64,000 bases of DNA. Origin: an uncultured virus (IMG/VR IMGVR_UViG_2579778730_000001) (Duplodnaviria > Heunggongvirae > Uroviricota > Caudoviricetes). A program made the position numbers and the translations under genes. How positions within the stretch are numbered: position 1 is the stretch's first letter; every line of letters begins with the position of its first letter. The stretch lies in IMG/VR virus record IMGVR_UViG_2579778730_000001; one strand, written 5' to 3'. Of this stretch, positions 1 to 9,732 are shown piece after piece. The notes under the pieces are model-generated. The model saw only the letters and a program-made list of their open reading frames with translations, did not search any database and was not told where the DNA came from.

Positions 1-70
1 TCACTGTCGCTTATAGTTAAGTAAGGTAAAGGAATTTTTCTCGTTACCACGCAATTTACTCGCTGCGCTA

Positions 71-922
71 ATGGCTTTTGTTAACTTGATAATTAACAAT
101 TTTAAGAGTGATGGATACATTATAATGTCCAACAAATTTCTGCTTGATATACCTAAAACATTTTTACTTACTGCCTATACATTTATTTGCGGCTTCACTT
201 ACATATGTGGATTTTGGTATAACTTTAAAATTGATTTGCAAATTGTTTTTAGCTTGCTGTCGCCCCTTGATATAATCAAATCATTTATTATACCTATATC
301 ATCAGCCATCGGCATAGTTATATTACAATTACTAATGAATTTTGTTAGTAACTATGGATACTCAAAAACTGATGATTTAATGAAACAAATTGAAAACATA
401 TACCTAACAGAGGAACCAAAATCTCAAGAACAAAAAAAAAGAAAGCTTTCAAATGTGATCACTTCCCAATTTGGTTTTGTAGCATTGCTTTCTGTCGGTA
501 TAACGATTTTAATTATCTATAAGTTTATTACGACTGAAGAAAGAATGTATTTCAATGTATTTATAATATTTGCAGCAGGCATTTTTGTGCTGACCGGCTT
601 TATTATATTTTGTGTTGATTCAGGGTTTGAGAAGGCTGAAAGATATTTTGTTATAGCTTTTTCCATTTGCATACTACCGGCTATAATTTATTTCATAGGT
701 GGGCATACTGGGAAAAACGCTATTGAAGATGAAAAAGCAATGATTATGATGGACAATAACGCATGCAGTAGCGATCCAAAAGAGCAATATGTTTTACTAT
801 CTCTATATGGTTCAAAAGGGATTAGCGCATCATTAAAAGACCACTCCATCTGTCTATTTGAAGCTGAAAAGACCAGTTTTAAGAGCCGTATGCCTACTCT
901 TCCCCAACAGCTAAGCGAATAA
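71..922 (+). CDS. Multi-pass membrane protein, hypothetical (AT-rich phage cargo); alternative start at 125
   Basis: 283 aa ORF, about 5 hydrophobic segments, soluble C-terminus with two Cys, AT-rich, followed by a terminator. Confidence 0.75.
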   Translation: MAFVNLIINNFKSDGYIIMSNKFLLDIPKTFLLTAYTFICGFTYICGFWYNFKIDLQIVFSLLSPLDIIKSFIIPISSAIGIVILQLLMNFVSNYGYSKTDDLMKQIENIYLTEEPKSQEQKKRKLSNVITSQFGFVALLSVGITILIIYKFITTEERMYFNVFIIFAAGIFVLTGFIIFCVDSGFEKAERYFVIAFSICILPAIIYFIGGHTGKNAIEDEKAMIMMDNNACSSDPKEQYVLLSLYGSKGISASLKDHSICLFEAEKTSFKSRMPTLPQQLSE

Positions 923-984
923 AAAAATAGGATATGTATACAGGAATTTCGGACTCGAGTTCAACCCTAGCCATCTCACCCAAT

Positions 985-1023
985 AAAAGAAAGGGTTACG
1001 CTTAAGCGTAGCCCTTTCTTTTT
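985..1023. terminator. Bidirectional intrinsic terminator
   Basis: aaaagaaagggttacgc-ttaa-gcgtagccctttctttt between convergent ORFs 71..922 and 1093..1404. Confidence 0.85.
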
Positions 1024-1092
1024 GTTCATGGCCACTTCGCGTCCACTCCGTTGGTTAAGTGCAAACAATATACATGCCGCACATCGACGATG

Positions 1093-1404
1093 TTACAATC
1101 CTTTTTTTAATCGCTTGCTGATGGCCTTAGATGCGGCATCACGTTGCATGTCTGACCAGCTTTCATAAGAGGTGTTTTTCGCGATGAAGCTCTCCCATTC
1201 ATCATTAGGAATGGCTTTAAAATCCTCAGCCGATTTAACGTGGAAACCTGACTTTTCGAATAGATCCTCAACCGAAGTAAATGATGAACATTTGCTTAGG
1301 AACTCAGGATTGAACATTTCACCAAATGTTAACTGCGTTGTGCTTCCAATCTCTTCAAGGTTCTTTTTTAACTTACTGATTTGGTGACTAAAACTTTTAG
1401 GCAT
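1093..1404 (-). CDS. Hypothetical protein, 103 aa (phage cargo)
   Basis: ATG preceded by AAGGGG, protein-like composition, flanked by terminators. Confidence 0.75.
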   Translation of the reverse strand: MPKSFSHQISKLKKNLEEIGSTTQLTFGEMFNPEFLSKCSSFTSVEDLFEKSGFHVKSAEDFKAIPNDEWESFIAKNTSYESWSDMQRDAASKAISKRLKKGL

Positions 1405-1550
1405 ATAAAACCCCTTGTTTATAAATGAAAACTAACGGCTTGATATAACGGGGCTATTATATTTTTTTATTTCATCATAAACCATAGCCAAACATGGTTA
1501 AGATCACACTTATGTTTTTTTATGCTCTGCCCTCCGTCAATTCAGACAAT

Positions 1551-1583
1551 AAAAAAAGGACGAATTAACACCTCCTTTTTTTT
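1551..1583. terminator. Probable terminator downstream of the DUF4760-like gene
   Basis: aaaaaaagga...tccttttttt inverted repeat. Confidence 0.5.
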
Positions 1584-1629
1584 AAATTTTATCACCTTAC
1601 CATCTGAAAATGATGCATATTGTTACTAA

Positions 1630-2214
1630 CTAATGCCTGCCTTTTTCTTTGGGGAACGGAAGATTAAACGGCAATCTCCACTCATTTTTGAGGCATTCAT
1701 TACGTCGTTTCATAATCCATCTGTTAGCCAGCCAACAAAAATTGGAATATATTCGTGGATTAACTTTTTGTCGTTCCTCTATGTACGGTTTACAAGCCAC
1801 ATAGAGGTTTATGACAGTGGAAGCATACACTTTGTACAAAAAGCCTTCATCGAAAAGCCCGTGTTTAATAGCATTTCCGCAACGCTCCCATTCATTGAAG
1901 ACCGTCATCAAAGCTCGAGCTTCTTTGGTTTGTCTGACTGAGTTCAATCCCCAATGACTCATTGGTTTTTTTTGTTTTCTAGGATCTTTTTTTAACAAAG
2001 TTAGTATTTCTTGCCAAGCAGCATCGACTTTGTCGCTTCTCTTATAAGAAGCTTCAAAATCTAAGGAGTTCTTTTCGCGAGATGTTTGGCGATTCTTTCT
2101 GATCGTTACCACAGCCACTATAAGAGCAACTATCGCCGCAATAACATTACTGAAGAATGTCGGGCTACTGTCCCAAAGATGAGAAATTATTTCATTCATT
2201 TCAATGAGTTGCAT
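1630..2214 (-). CDS. DUF4760-like protein with N-terminal TM anchor (start 2214 or 2199)
   Basis: TM segment VIAAIVALIVAVVTI plus C-terminal pattern FNEWE..GNAIKHGLFDE...PYIEER....Y.NF.WLANRW that I recognise as DUF4760. Confidence 0.75.
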   Translation of the reverse strand: MQLIEMNEIISHLWDSSPTFFSNVIAAIVALIVAVVTIRKNRQTSREKNSLDFEASYKRSDKVDAAWQEILTLLKKDPRKQKKPMSHWGLNSVRQTKEARALMTVFNEWERCGNAIKHGLFDEGFLYKVYASTVINLYVACKPYIEERQKVNPRIYSNFCWLANRWIMKRRNECLKNEWRLPFNLPFPKEKGRH

Positions 2215-2228
2215 TAGATTAAAAATAC

Positions 2229-2254
2229 AAAAAAGGCGGGGAAAATCCCCACCT
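2229..2254 (-). terminator. Intrinsic terminator between the small ORF and the DUF4760-like gene
   Basis: Minus strand AGGTGGGGA-TTT-TCCCCGCCT followed by TTTTT. Confidence 0.75.
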
Positions 2255-2280
2255 CTCGTCAATTCAGAAAATGAAACATC

Positions 2281-2319
2281 TTAGGATAAGCCCCAATCCT
2301 CTTCACGGAAAGTTTTCAT
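2281..2319 (-). CDS. Small ORF MKTFREEDWGLS (12 aa); in-frame upstream ATG at 2343 would give 20 aa
   Basis: GGAGGAG Shine-Dalgarno (2327-2333) 7 nt before the ATG; TAA at 2281-2283; not in the ORF track. Confidence 0.65.
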   Translation of the reverse strand: MKTFREEDWGLS

Positions 2320-2723
2320 AGTTTTGCTCCTCCAGTTAGTCATTTTTTACTCATAAATCTGTTTGGACGACCTTTATACACTGCATAAGTGACAACCACA
2401 AGCGCTGTACAACCGTTTTCAGTTACTGCTCCAAGTACCGTGACAGTAAGCTATTGGTTCCCGTCACTTTCTAACTTGTTACTAAGCTTAGCAAATGCAA
2501 TTCATCTAGCTAGGATGTTTAAGAAAAATTACATTAGATGATTAATATCAAACACTTAATTATAGCGCGCATTGAATACAGGATCTAGAAAACTGAAAAT
2601 CAGTGAAATTTCTTTCAATCTTTTCAGTTCGTGATTCCCGGCACGCCGCCAGTAGTGGCGCTGGCTGGCGGCCCGGTTTGCAGAAAAACAAAACTGCAAA
2701 ATTTTTGTGATCCAAAACGTGCA

Positions 2724-2742
2724 GGCGGGTGCGGTGTAGTGC
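2724..2742. other. Candidate cos (cohesive end) site
   Basis: GGCGGGTGCGGTGTAGTGC, loosely like the P2 19-nt cos, located between the last tail gene and the cargo/att end as in HP1-type genomes. Confidence 0.4.
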
Positions 2743-2887
2743 CTTTTTTGTCTGTGACGCATTTATTTTGTCGGCGTGTGGCTATGCCAGCGCAGCCAGG
2801 CGGCTGTGATCTGTTTCTTGAGTGAACGGGGGCGTAGGTAGGCTTAAGGCGCTCAGACGACGTTCTACGAAGCCTGACGATGGGTAT

Positions 2888-2909
2888 AAAAAAGCCCGCA
2901 TATGCGGGC
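2888..2909 (-). terminator. Terminator of the tail operon
   Basis: gcccgca-ta-tgcgggc followed by T6 on the minus strand, just after the stop at 2932. Confidence 0.8.
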
Positions 2910-2931
2910 GTTGTGAATGCCTGGGTGATCG

Positions 2932-4629
2932 TCAGGCGATGATGCTCTCATACTTGCTTCTGGTTTGCTGCGCAGCTGAAGCCGTCTGGCTGAATGCGCT
3001 GGCATTGGTAGGTGTGCTGACGCTGGGGTGGCTGTGGCTCGCGCACTGCTGCGCCAGCTGTGCCAGCAAGTCGATGGTATCCAGCATCATGGCAAGAACA
3101 TTAACGCTTTCATTACCAATATGTACCGTTGGCCCCATGACCTGCTGACCACCACTGGCAACGGATTTACGCAGTGCTGCAATCTTTTCTGTCAGCGCGC
3201 CCTGCGTATCAACGGTGATGTTACCGGCCACCGTAGTTGCCTGTTGCCCCGCGATGTCCGTTTCAGCGTCACCCTGTACGCTGGCCAGATATTTACCGGT
3301 GGCCAGCGCGTAATCGCCCGTAACCAGCTGCTGAATTGCTCCGGCCATCAGCGTAGCCGTTCCCAGCACAGTGGTCTTATCCGTAGCCTTAATCGTGGTT
3401 TCACGCGTCACCATCTCCCGCGTTTCAGTATCTGCCGTAACACTGCGGGTCATGGAAGTTTCGCGGATAGCCTGATCGGTTTTGCGTTCCCAGTCCCCTG
3501 CCTGCGTCACGCGCTGTGAAACTTCAGCGCGCTGCTGTTGCAGCTGTTCGCCGGGCTTAACATCCGGCAGGCTGGTGCCATCCGGTACGGTCTGGCGCAC
3601 AAATGGCTTATCGGGGCGGCCACCGGTAAAACCCACTTCTACCAGCGTGCCTTCTGGCGGAAACTGGAACATCCCCGAATCGTTACCTGCCATCGGCACC
3701 GGCAGCGGCACGGCGGTATAAACTGGCGTCGTGCTGTCCGGGTTGCCGTCCGCGTCGAGCAACTGCACATCAACGGCATAGCGCGGGCGGAACGGATCGG
3801 CGAAGTTTCCGCTGCTGGCCGCCTCACTGGGCGCAATCACTCGGGCAAATTTTGGCAGGTGCATCCCGCTGGCCAGCTCAGGGTAGTGGCTTTCAATCTG
3901 ACGCTGTACCGGTGATTTTTGCAGTGGCGCGCCGGTAGCCTTATCGCGAGGCGTCCAGGTTATGGCCATGTTTTCCGCAATCAGGTTGACCTTCGTCAGG
4001 CGCTGACCGTTCACTTCCACGCCTGGCCGCAGTGTCTGGATCATAGGAATGGTCATGCTGTTGCCGCCGGACGTGTCCTGGCTGAACTCATGCGGAATAT
4101 CAACCGGACGCCCGGCAAACAGCGCCTTATCAGCACCACCCACAAATACAGAACCGTCCGGCAGCTGATACCAGACGTAATCCGCGATACCAAAAACCCG
4201 GCCCAGATTATTCAGCAACTGGAATCCCGTGCCGGAATGCGTGAAGTGCGGCACCGGTTTATCACTGTAGGCAGTGTCAGGGACTGTTATGGTCAGGCCG
4301 CTTTGTTCAGTCAGCCAGGCTGCAATCTCGCGAAGCGTCGGATGCTGGAATGAGCAAGGCCACAGTTTTTCAAATACCCCGACCATTTCACGGACGAAAA
4401 GGCGCATGAAACCTTTTCCGGCTGGCTGTGAGCGCTCCACGTAGCCGGTAAACCATCGCAGCATGTGATCGCCGTATCCAATATCAAGGCGCACCACTTT
4501 GCCGGTGTAGTCCTGTTGCGTTTCAGCGGTGATAAATCCACGCCCGGCGGCGCTCAGCTCAAGCACCATATTCACGTCCGCCATATGAACTTCATCACCT
4601 GAAAGGTACAGGCGTTTAATCGGCTTCAT
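2932..4629 (-). CDS. Baseplate hub/spike-like tail protein (HP1 terminal tail gene type)
   Basis: 565 aa, last gene of the tail operon; C-terminal beta-repeat region ending in HSH. Confidence 0.7.
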   Translation of the reverse strand: MKPIKRLYLSGDEVHMADVNMVLELSAAGRGFITAETQQDYTGKVVRLDIGYGDHMLRWFTGYVERSQPAGKGFMRLFVREMVGVFEKLWPCSFQHPTLREIAAWLTEQSGLTITVPDTAYSDKPVPHFTHSGTGFQLLNNLGRVFGIADYVWYQLPDGSVFVGGADKALFAGRPVDIPHEFSQDTSGGNSMTIPMIQTLRPGVEVNGQRLTKVNLIAENMAITWTPRDKATGAPLQKSPVQRQIESHYPELASGMHLPKFARVIAPSEAASSGNFADPFRPRYAVDVQLLDADGNPDSTTPVYTAVPLPVPMAGNDSGMFQFPPEGTLVEVGFTGGRPDKPFVRQTVPDGTSLPDVKPGEQLQQQRAEVSQRVTQAGDWERKTDQAIRETSMTRSVTADTETREMVTRETTIKATDKTTVLGTATLMAGAIQQLVTGDYALATGKYLASVQGDAETDIAGQQATTVAGNITVDTQGALTEKIAALRKSVASGGQQVMGPTVHIGNESVNVLAMMLDTIDLLAQLAQQCASHSHPSVSTPTNASAFSQTASAAQQTRSKYESIIA

Positions 4630-4631
4630 AG

Positions 4632-5171
4632 TTACCCCAGCGCCTCGTTTACGGGCTTCAGCACTTTTTTCTCAAACCATGTCATTTTATCTGCATCCTC
4701 TCCGGCAGCTGCCTGTCCGCCTGCGCCAGCGGCCGTCTGCATCTTGCTGGTTTTGCGACCATTTGCGGCGGCCTCTTTCTTTTCAGGCACGCTGAGATAT
4801 TCAGTCAGCGTGAACGTTACCGCCCAGGACATGCGGCCGTCCTGTTGCGGCGCATCCAGTGTGCCGCTGAATGTCGCTTCACGAAGGTTTACTGCGCGTG
4901 CTACCGAATTGGCCACGCGGTAAACGACACGCCTTCCGGCCGCATCGGTGGCATTGGCCAGCTGAAAAATACGTGTCAGGGTGGCGGCATCTTTAAACGG
5001 AATTTCGCCATTTACGCGCAGCTCTTTGCCCTTGGCACCCTGCTCCGCCTTCGTCGTCGCACTGGTCTGCCCTGACTGGTCTTTATCGGGGAACTGCTGG
5101 CTTATTGTCACGCGCATGTTTTTCAGCGTGATGGCCTCGCCGTTAAGCGCCAGCGTTGCTGTCGTCGTCAT
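4632..5171 (-). CDS. Baseplate/tail protein
   Basis: 179 aa, coupled within the tail operon; HP1-type synteny. Confidence 0.65.
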   Translation of the reverse strand: MTTTATLALNGEAITLKNMRVTISQQFPDKDQSGQTSATTKAEQGAKGKELRVNGEIPFKDAATLTRIFQLANATDAAGRRVVYRVANSVARAVNLREATFSGTLDAPQQDGRMSWAVTFTLTEYLSVPEKKEAAANGRKTSKMQTAAGAGGQAAAGEDADKMTWFEKKVLKPVNEALG

Positions 5172-5862
5172 GGATAATGCTCCTGATACCGCTTAAGTCC
5201 TTGCCAGCCAGCATAATGGCGGCGCAGTAGACGGATGATCGGGCCGGTATGCCGCTCATCAACTGACGGAGAATATCCGCAGCGTTTCCGCTTCCGGTAA
5301 ATACCCAGCCCCGCGCAGACTTTGCGGACACGTCGCCCGCACCGGCGGCAATATCAGCCATCAGGCTGACGCGCTTTTCAATAAATTCGGTCAGGCTTTT
5401 TTTAAGGTCATCCATACTCATGGCTTTGGCCTGGCCCGCTTTTGCGACAGCGGCCGCAGCGCTAACGGCTCTCGCCGTAGGAACCGAAAGCGGAAGCGTT
5501 GCCCCCGGCCCGCCTGCGACCTTTGCGGGCTTCTGCATTTTCACGGTGGCAAGCTCTGCTGACGAACGGGCAAGGCGGCTTACCTGCGTAAACGCCGGGA
5601 CTGGAAAGACGTCGGTTAACGGGTCAAGGCGTGATAAAAATTCGTCCTGGGTCTGCCCGGTGGCCAGCAGGATCACCACGTCCGTCTTGCCGGTTACGCT
5701 TGCCAGCTTTTCACCCAGCCACGCAATGGCGTTGGCCGGACTAAGATATGCCCCGTTATCAGTTTGCTGGCCCAGTCCGTATACCCACGGATGAGCAGCC
5801 GTCATCGAGCAGTTGAGCGCCGGGAATTCTCCCGGCAAGGCCAGTTTCGCTTCACGCCACAT
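5143..5862 (-). CDS. Tail/baseplate-associated protein
   Basis: 239 aa, overlaps both neighbours; HP1-type synteny. Confidence 0.6.
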   Translation of the reverse strand: MWREAKLALPGEFPALNCSMTAAHPWVYGLGQQTDNGAYLSPANAIAWLGEKLASVTGKTDVVILLATGQTQDEFLSRLDPLTDVFPVPAFTQVSRLARSSAELATVKMQKPAKVAGGPGATLPLSVPTARAVSAAAAVAKAGQAKAMSMDDLKKSLTEFIEKRVSLMADIAAGAGDVSAKSARGWVFTGSGNAADILRQLMSGIPARSSVYCAAIMLAGKDLSGIRSIIHDDDSNAGA

Positions 5863-6439
5863 TCACCGGCTCCACAGGCCAGGCAATATCCGGCGCATTA
5901 CTGGTATCAACACGGCTAAGCAGAACGCGATATTTTTTCATTTCCCCAAGCAGCGCAATTTCTTCATCCGTGGCCATATCCAGCTCTACCGCATCCTGTA
6001 ACGGTGCGATGGTGTCATTTGCCACTTTGAGCATTTCCGCCTTCTGGTTTTCGGCTGATTCAACAAGCGCCTGACGCTCGGCCATGTCGTCTTTAATCCA
6101 GGCACTGCCGTCCCATTTTTCAAACGCACCGCCGGGGGCGATACCGGTTGTGCCGGGGGGAAGCGGGCCGGGTTCAGTGATGTAAATTTCCTGCCCGCTG
6201 GAAACGTCATATACGACTGTGCCGCGATGGTCTTCATGTTCTGACCAGGCCTGCTCTGCGTCGTCAAAAATCGCCACAAAACCGCGCTTAGCCGCAGGTG
6301 GTGAAACAGTGGTGCAGTGCGCTGGCAGACCGGTGAAAGGCTGAATATAGGCATCCCCTTCCCCGATAAATTCTTTTGTATCAGCCCGCAGATTGAAAAC
6401 AGTGATAGTGCGGGGCTTATTCGCCATTTTGAAGGTCAT
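5852..6439 (-). CDS. tfa: Tail fibre assembly chaperone (lambda Tfa-like)
   Basis: MTFKM..RTITVFNL..EDHRG...LQDAVELDMAT...YRVLLSRVDTS.APDI.WP pattern. Confidence 0.9.
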   Translation of the reverse strand: MTFKMANKPRTITVFNLRADTKEFIGEGDAYIQPFTGLPAHCTTVSPPAAKRGFVAIFDDAEQAWSEHEDHRGTVVYDVSSGQEIYITEPGPLPPGTTGIAPGGAFEKWDGSAWIKDDMAERQALVESAENQKAEMLKVANDTIAPLQDAVELDMATDEEIALLGEMKKYRVLLSRVDTSNAPDIAWPVEPVNVA

Positions 6440-7959
6440 TATGCGAGTCTCACGATGTAGTTGAATGCAATGTTTTTAACGGTGGTTTCTGCGTTACCTG
6501 CTGCCGCAACGGTAATGGCGTGCGTGTGCGCACCGATTGCCACAGAATGGGTATGCGCGCCGATAGCAACGGTGTGCGCATGAGCGCCTGCACTGGTCGT
6601 TGTAGCGTTATTGGAGCCACTGTGATAACCGCTCCCAAGTGTCCCCGCTCCCCTGCTGCTCCCCGTCCTGTCGGTATATCTGTGTGTATGCGCCCCGGTG
6701 TTATTGGTTGATTTCGTGCCGTAATCGAAAGACGACGTTGTTTTCGTCCCAAGATCGGTACTGGCTGCGGTGGCGGTATGTGTGTGTGATTTGTTGCCAT
6801 CGGCTTCAGCACTCAGCACTTTGCGTCCGTCCGGCCGCCCCTTGACGGTCTGGCCGCGCATGTCGGGGATCACACCATCCGGGTATGCCGTGGCCAGTAA
6901 CGGATAAACGCTTTTATCAAAACTCTGACCCTGCATTACCGCCCATTTCGGCGGGGCCACATCTGTTGGCCACGGCACCGGTACACCCACGGGCAGGACG
7001 TCATTTACACCCTGCACGGCAAGTTCACTGAGTCCAAGATTCTGGCGCGCCAGGGCTTTGTCGCCTACGTCATTCAGGTTCGCGTCTTTTCGCAGATAGT
7101 CGCTGACTGACTGCTGATCGCTGAGGCTACCCTTAGGCCGCAGATCCGTAATTTTTCCGCTGGCGTCGATACTGGCTACCGCAAACACAAAATGTTGCTC
7201 ACCACCCTGAACATAATTTTCCAGGGTATCAGCTACGGTGATTTTGCTCTGAACCGCCCAGGCGCTGGTGAGCGCGCCACGCCAGCACACATCCAGCCAG
7301 ACCTTAACTGCTTTGGCGGGTGCCGCAATTTTCAGATCGGCAGCCAGCTGCGCACGCAGTCCGGCGACGTAGCCCGCGCCTTTTGTCACGCTATACTGGG
7401 TGCCGCTTTTCCTGACAAGATAGCCATCCCCGATAAACGCAGCCGGGCCGTAAATATCCATATTCTCAGTACGCTGGCGCTCATCCATACCCGTCATGCG
7501 GGCAGTGAAATCAATCTGCCACGTTTCTGCCGGGGTATTGATTGCCGTCTCCGCTGCTGCACCGTTGAACTCAAGTAAAAAAGAGCGGGTAAGCACATTT
7601 CCCTGCTGCCCTGATGCTGTTTTCAGCTTCTGCTGCTCCGGGGCATGAACAACCATCGCCAGTACACCGCTGGCCTTGTTAACCAGTCCAACCCAGTTAA
7701 ACGAAAAATCGCCCACATCCGCCCCAAGCACCACAGAGTATGCAACGGCATTTTCGTTAACGATGCCGCTCCGCGACACTGCCTGCCGGTGAACAATCTG
7801 CGCCCCGCTCGGGATAGTTTCATCGCGACTAATGGGCGCGGATGGGTCCAGACCCGGCACCAGGGCAAAAACAAACTCATCCAGCGTAACCGGCTCATTA
7901 CTGAGACTCTGGCTGGCTTTCCACTGTTCGAAAGCGAAGGTAATCGCAGTCTGTGACAT
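6439..7959 (-). CDS. Tail fibre protein with collar domain and lambda Stf/T4 gp37-like His-box tip
   Basis: Start [16 protein letters not shown] collar; HTH repeats; ends [12 protein letters not shown]. Confidence 0.9.
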   Translation of the reverse strand: MSQTAITFAFEQWKASQSLSNEPVTLDEFVFALVPGLDPSAPISRDETIPSGAQIVHRQAVSRSGIVNENAVAYSVVLGADVGDFSFNWVGLVNKASGVLAMVVHAPEQQKLKTASGQQGNVLTRSFLLEFNGAAAETAINTPAETWQIDFTARMTGMDERQRTENMDIYGPAAFIGDGYLVRKSGTQYSVTKGAGYVAGLRAQLAADLKIAAPAKAVKVWLDVCWRGALTSAWAVQSKITVADTLENYVQGGEQHFVFAVASIDASGKITDLRPKGSLSDQQSVSDYLRKDANLNDVGDKALARQNLGLSELAVQGVNDVLPVGVPVPWPTDVAPPKWAVMQGQSFDKSVYPLLATAYPDGVIPDMRGQTVKGRPDGRKVLSAEADGNKSHTHTATAASTDLGTKTTSSFDYGTKSTNNTGAHTHRYTDRTGSSRGAGTLGSGYHSGSNNATTTSAGAHAHTVAIGAHTHSVAIGAHTHAITVAAAGNAETTVKNIAFNYIVRLA

Positions 7960-7961
7960 AT

Positions 7962-8564
7962 CTACTCCTGGAGGCTGGCGCTGAACGTCACGCTGCCGCT
8001 TTCTGTTTCGGCCAGTCGGGCCGGATAACACACGTACTCACCCTGATCCCAGCCGGCACGCATCGCCAGGCGGTCAGAGGTGATAACTTCAAACTGATAC
8101 CGGCGGCACGTCCTGCCGTACTGCCGGACTATCTGAATCATCAGCTGGGTATTTTCTGCAACCTGGCTGTCTGTCACGCGAACCAGAATTACGTCCCAGT
8201 CGATGCCGGGCTGACGCTCCAGCAGCTCAACATAACCAATTCCCAGGCGCTCAAAGATTGCTATGAAACCGGCAACTGAACCGGCATCAGCCGCGTTAAC
8301 AAAGGCATACGCCACCCGCTTGCGAAACAAAGCCAGCGGCTCACCGTCAAACCGGGTAATGTCGCGGTCATACGCGATGAGGTGCAGCAGCGGTTCAGCA
8401 CAGGTCAGCGGATCAAGCTGGCTGGCAGGCCATGTGATCCAGCCGTAAACGTCACGCCAGAATTTCCGGGCGGCATTCAGAAGTTTTTTGGGTTCGCCGT
8501 TATCCATCCAGAACGGCAGCACCAGTCCGGCCAGTTTTTTCAGGAAATCAGGCATTTTCGACAC
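7962..8564 (-). CDS. Phage tail protein (P2 gpI-like baseplate wedge)
   Basis: [19 protein letters not shown] motif; follows baseplate J. Confidence 0.8.
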   Translation of the reverse strand: MSKMPDFLKKLAGLVLPFWMDNGEPKKLLNAARKFWRDVYGWITWPASQLDPLTCAEPLLHLIAYDRDITRFDGEPLALFRKRVAYAFVNAADAGSVAGFIAIFERLGIGYVELLERQPGIDWDVILVRVTDSQVAENTQLMIQIVRQYGRTCRRYQFEVITSDRLAMRAGWDQGEYVCYPARLAETESGSVTFSASLQE

Positions 8565-9732
8565 TCACGGTTAATGACTTCAGCCGGGCCACATTCAGCT
8601 CACTGATGATGTCCGGCAGGGAAAAGGCCAGCGAGTCCACTTGTGCAAACGCCTGGTGAATTTCACGGCCCAGCATCGAGAAGCTGAAACGGGTATACGG
8701 CCACGTTTTTCCCACGTCGTAATCGGCGTTCTCGCGAAAGGCGCAGCGGATGAGGTTTTCCACACCGGTTTTCAGCGTGCTGCGCTCATCGCTGGTGAGG
8801 TTCGCCAGATTCTTCACATACACCGTGACGGCAAGATCGTGAAGGGTTTCAGGCATGGCGAAACACTGCATATCATCGCCGTGGCCGTGGTGGCCTTTCG
8901 TTGTGATGTAATCATTTACAGCGGCAATAAACGGCTCAGAAGTAACACCGGTATCAAGTAGCAGAAAGGCATTCGCCGTACCGGGGCCGCGCGGGGCATC
9001 ATGTTCAAAAAAGATACGATCGATACTCAGCCCGGCCACACCGGCAATCATTGAGCGATACACCGCGTCGGTGTGGTAATTACCTACCAGATTGAACTGG
9101 TTGCGGCAGCGCTCGCGCAGCTCATCATCGCTTTCCTCATCTGCGCCCGGCGAGGTCAGCCAGTCTTCTTCGTTGACGGCATGAGAGATACCCGCCACTG
9201 CTACCGGCAGGATGGCGTAGTAGCCGGGCGCAAGGTTATACGCCCCACCACTGGCAACGGCTCGTACCGGGATCAGCGCGCTGGCCTCGCCTGCCGGAAT
9301 GGTAAAATCTTCCGGGGTCGTCAGCTCGTACACGACGCCGTTAACCCTCGCGGTCTGGATCTGCGTGCCAGCCTTTACCGTCACCACAGCAGCCACATCA
9401 GATTTATAGAATCTGATCACACCCTGCGCCGCGCTGGCAGGTTTCGCCGTTACGTTGACCGCCCAGGCGAGCAGGCGAAGCAGCTGCCCGGAGGCAGTTG
9501 CTACAAACATATTCGCCAGCACGGTATTTACCATCACATCCTTGAGCCACAGCACCGGCGTGGTAACAATGGCCGTGATAAGCCGCCAGAACGGTGACAT
9601 GCGGGATGTGTTGGTGATAATTCCTTCTTCAGCGACGATGTTATTAAACCGCGCTCGTAATGCATCAGCGGTTACCGGCATGCCGGACTGTTTCACCACG
9701 TCTTCAAAATCTACCTGCGGTTTCTCTGTCAT
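8548..9732 (-). CDS. Baseplate J/gp47 family protein
   Basis: GADEESDDELRER motif; start MTEKPQ at 9732. Confidence 0.88.
   Translation of the reverse strand: MTEKPQVDFEDVVKQSGMPVTADALRARFNNIVAEEGIITNTSRMSPFWRLITAIVTTPVLWLKDVMVNTVLANMFVATASGQLLRLLAWAVNVTAKPASAAQGVIRFYKSDVAAVVTVKAGTQIQTARVNGVVYELTTPEDFTIPAGEASALIPVRAVASGGAYNLAPGYYAILPVAVAGISHAVNEEDWLTSPGADEESDDELRERCRNQFNLVGNYHTDAVYRSMIAGVAGLSIDRIFFEHDAPRGPGTANAFLLLDTGVTSEPFIAAVNDYITTKGHHGHGDDMQCFAMPETLHDLAVTVYVKNLANLTSDERSTLKTGVENLIRCAFRENADYDVGKTWPYTRFSFSMLGREIHQAFAQVDSLAFSLPDIISELNVARLKSLTVSVENA

Noticed and set aside
2215..2262. TTG-started N-terminal extension of the DUF4760-like ORF
   Set aside because: It runs through the terminator hairpin; ATG at 2214 or 2199 is more plausible
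6439..6800. Invertible tail-fibre cassette or DGR target
   Set aside because: No invertase, reverse transcriptase, second fibre tip or template repeat seen; the repeats are His-box coding repeats
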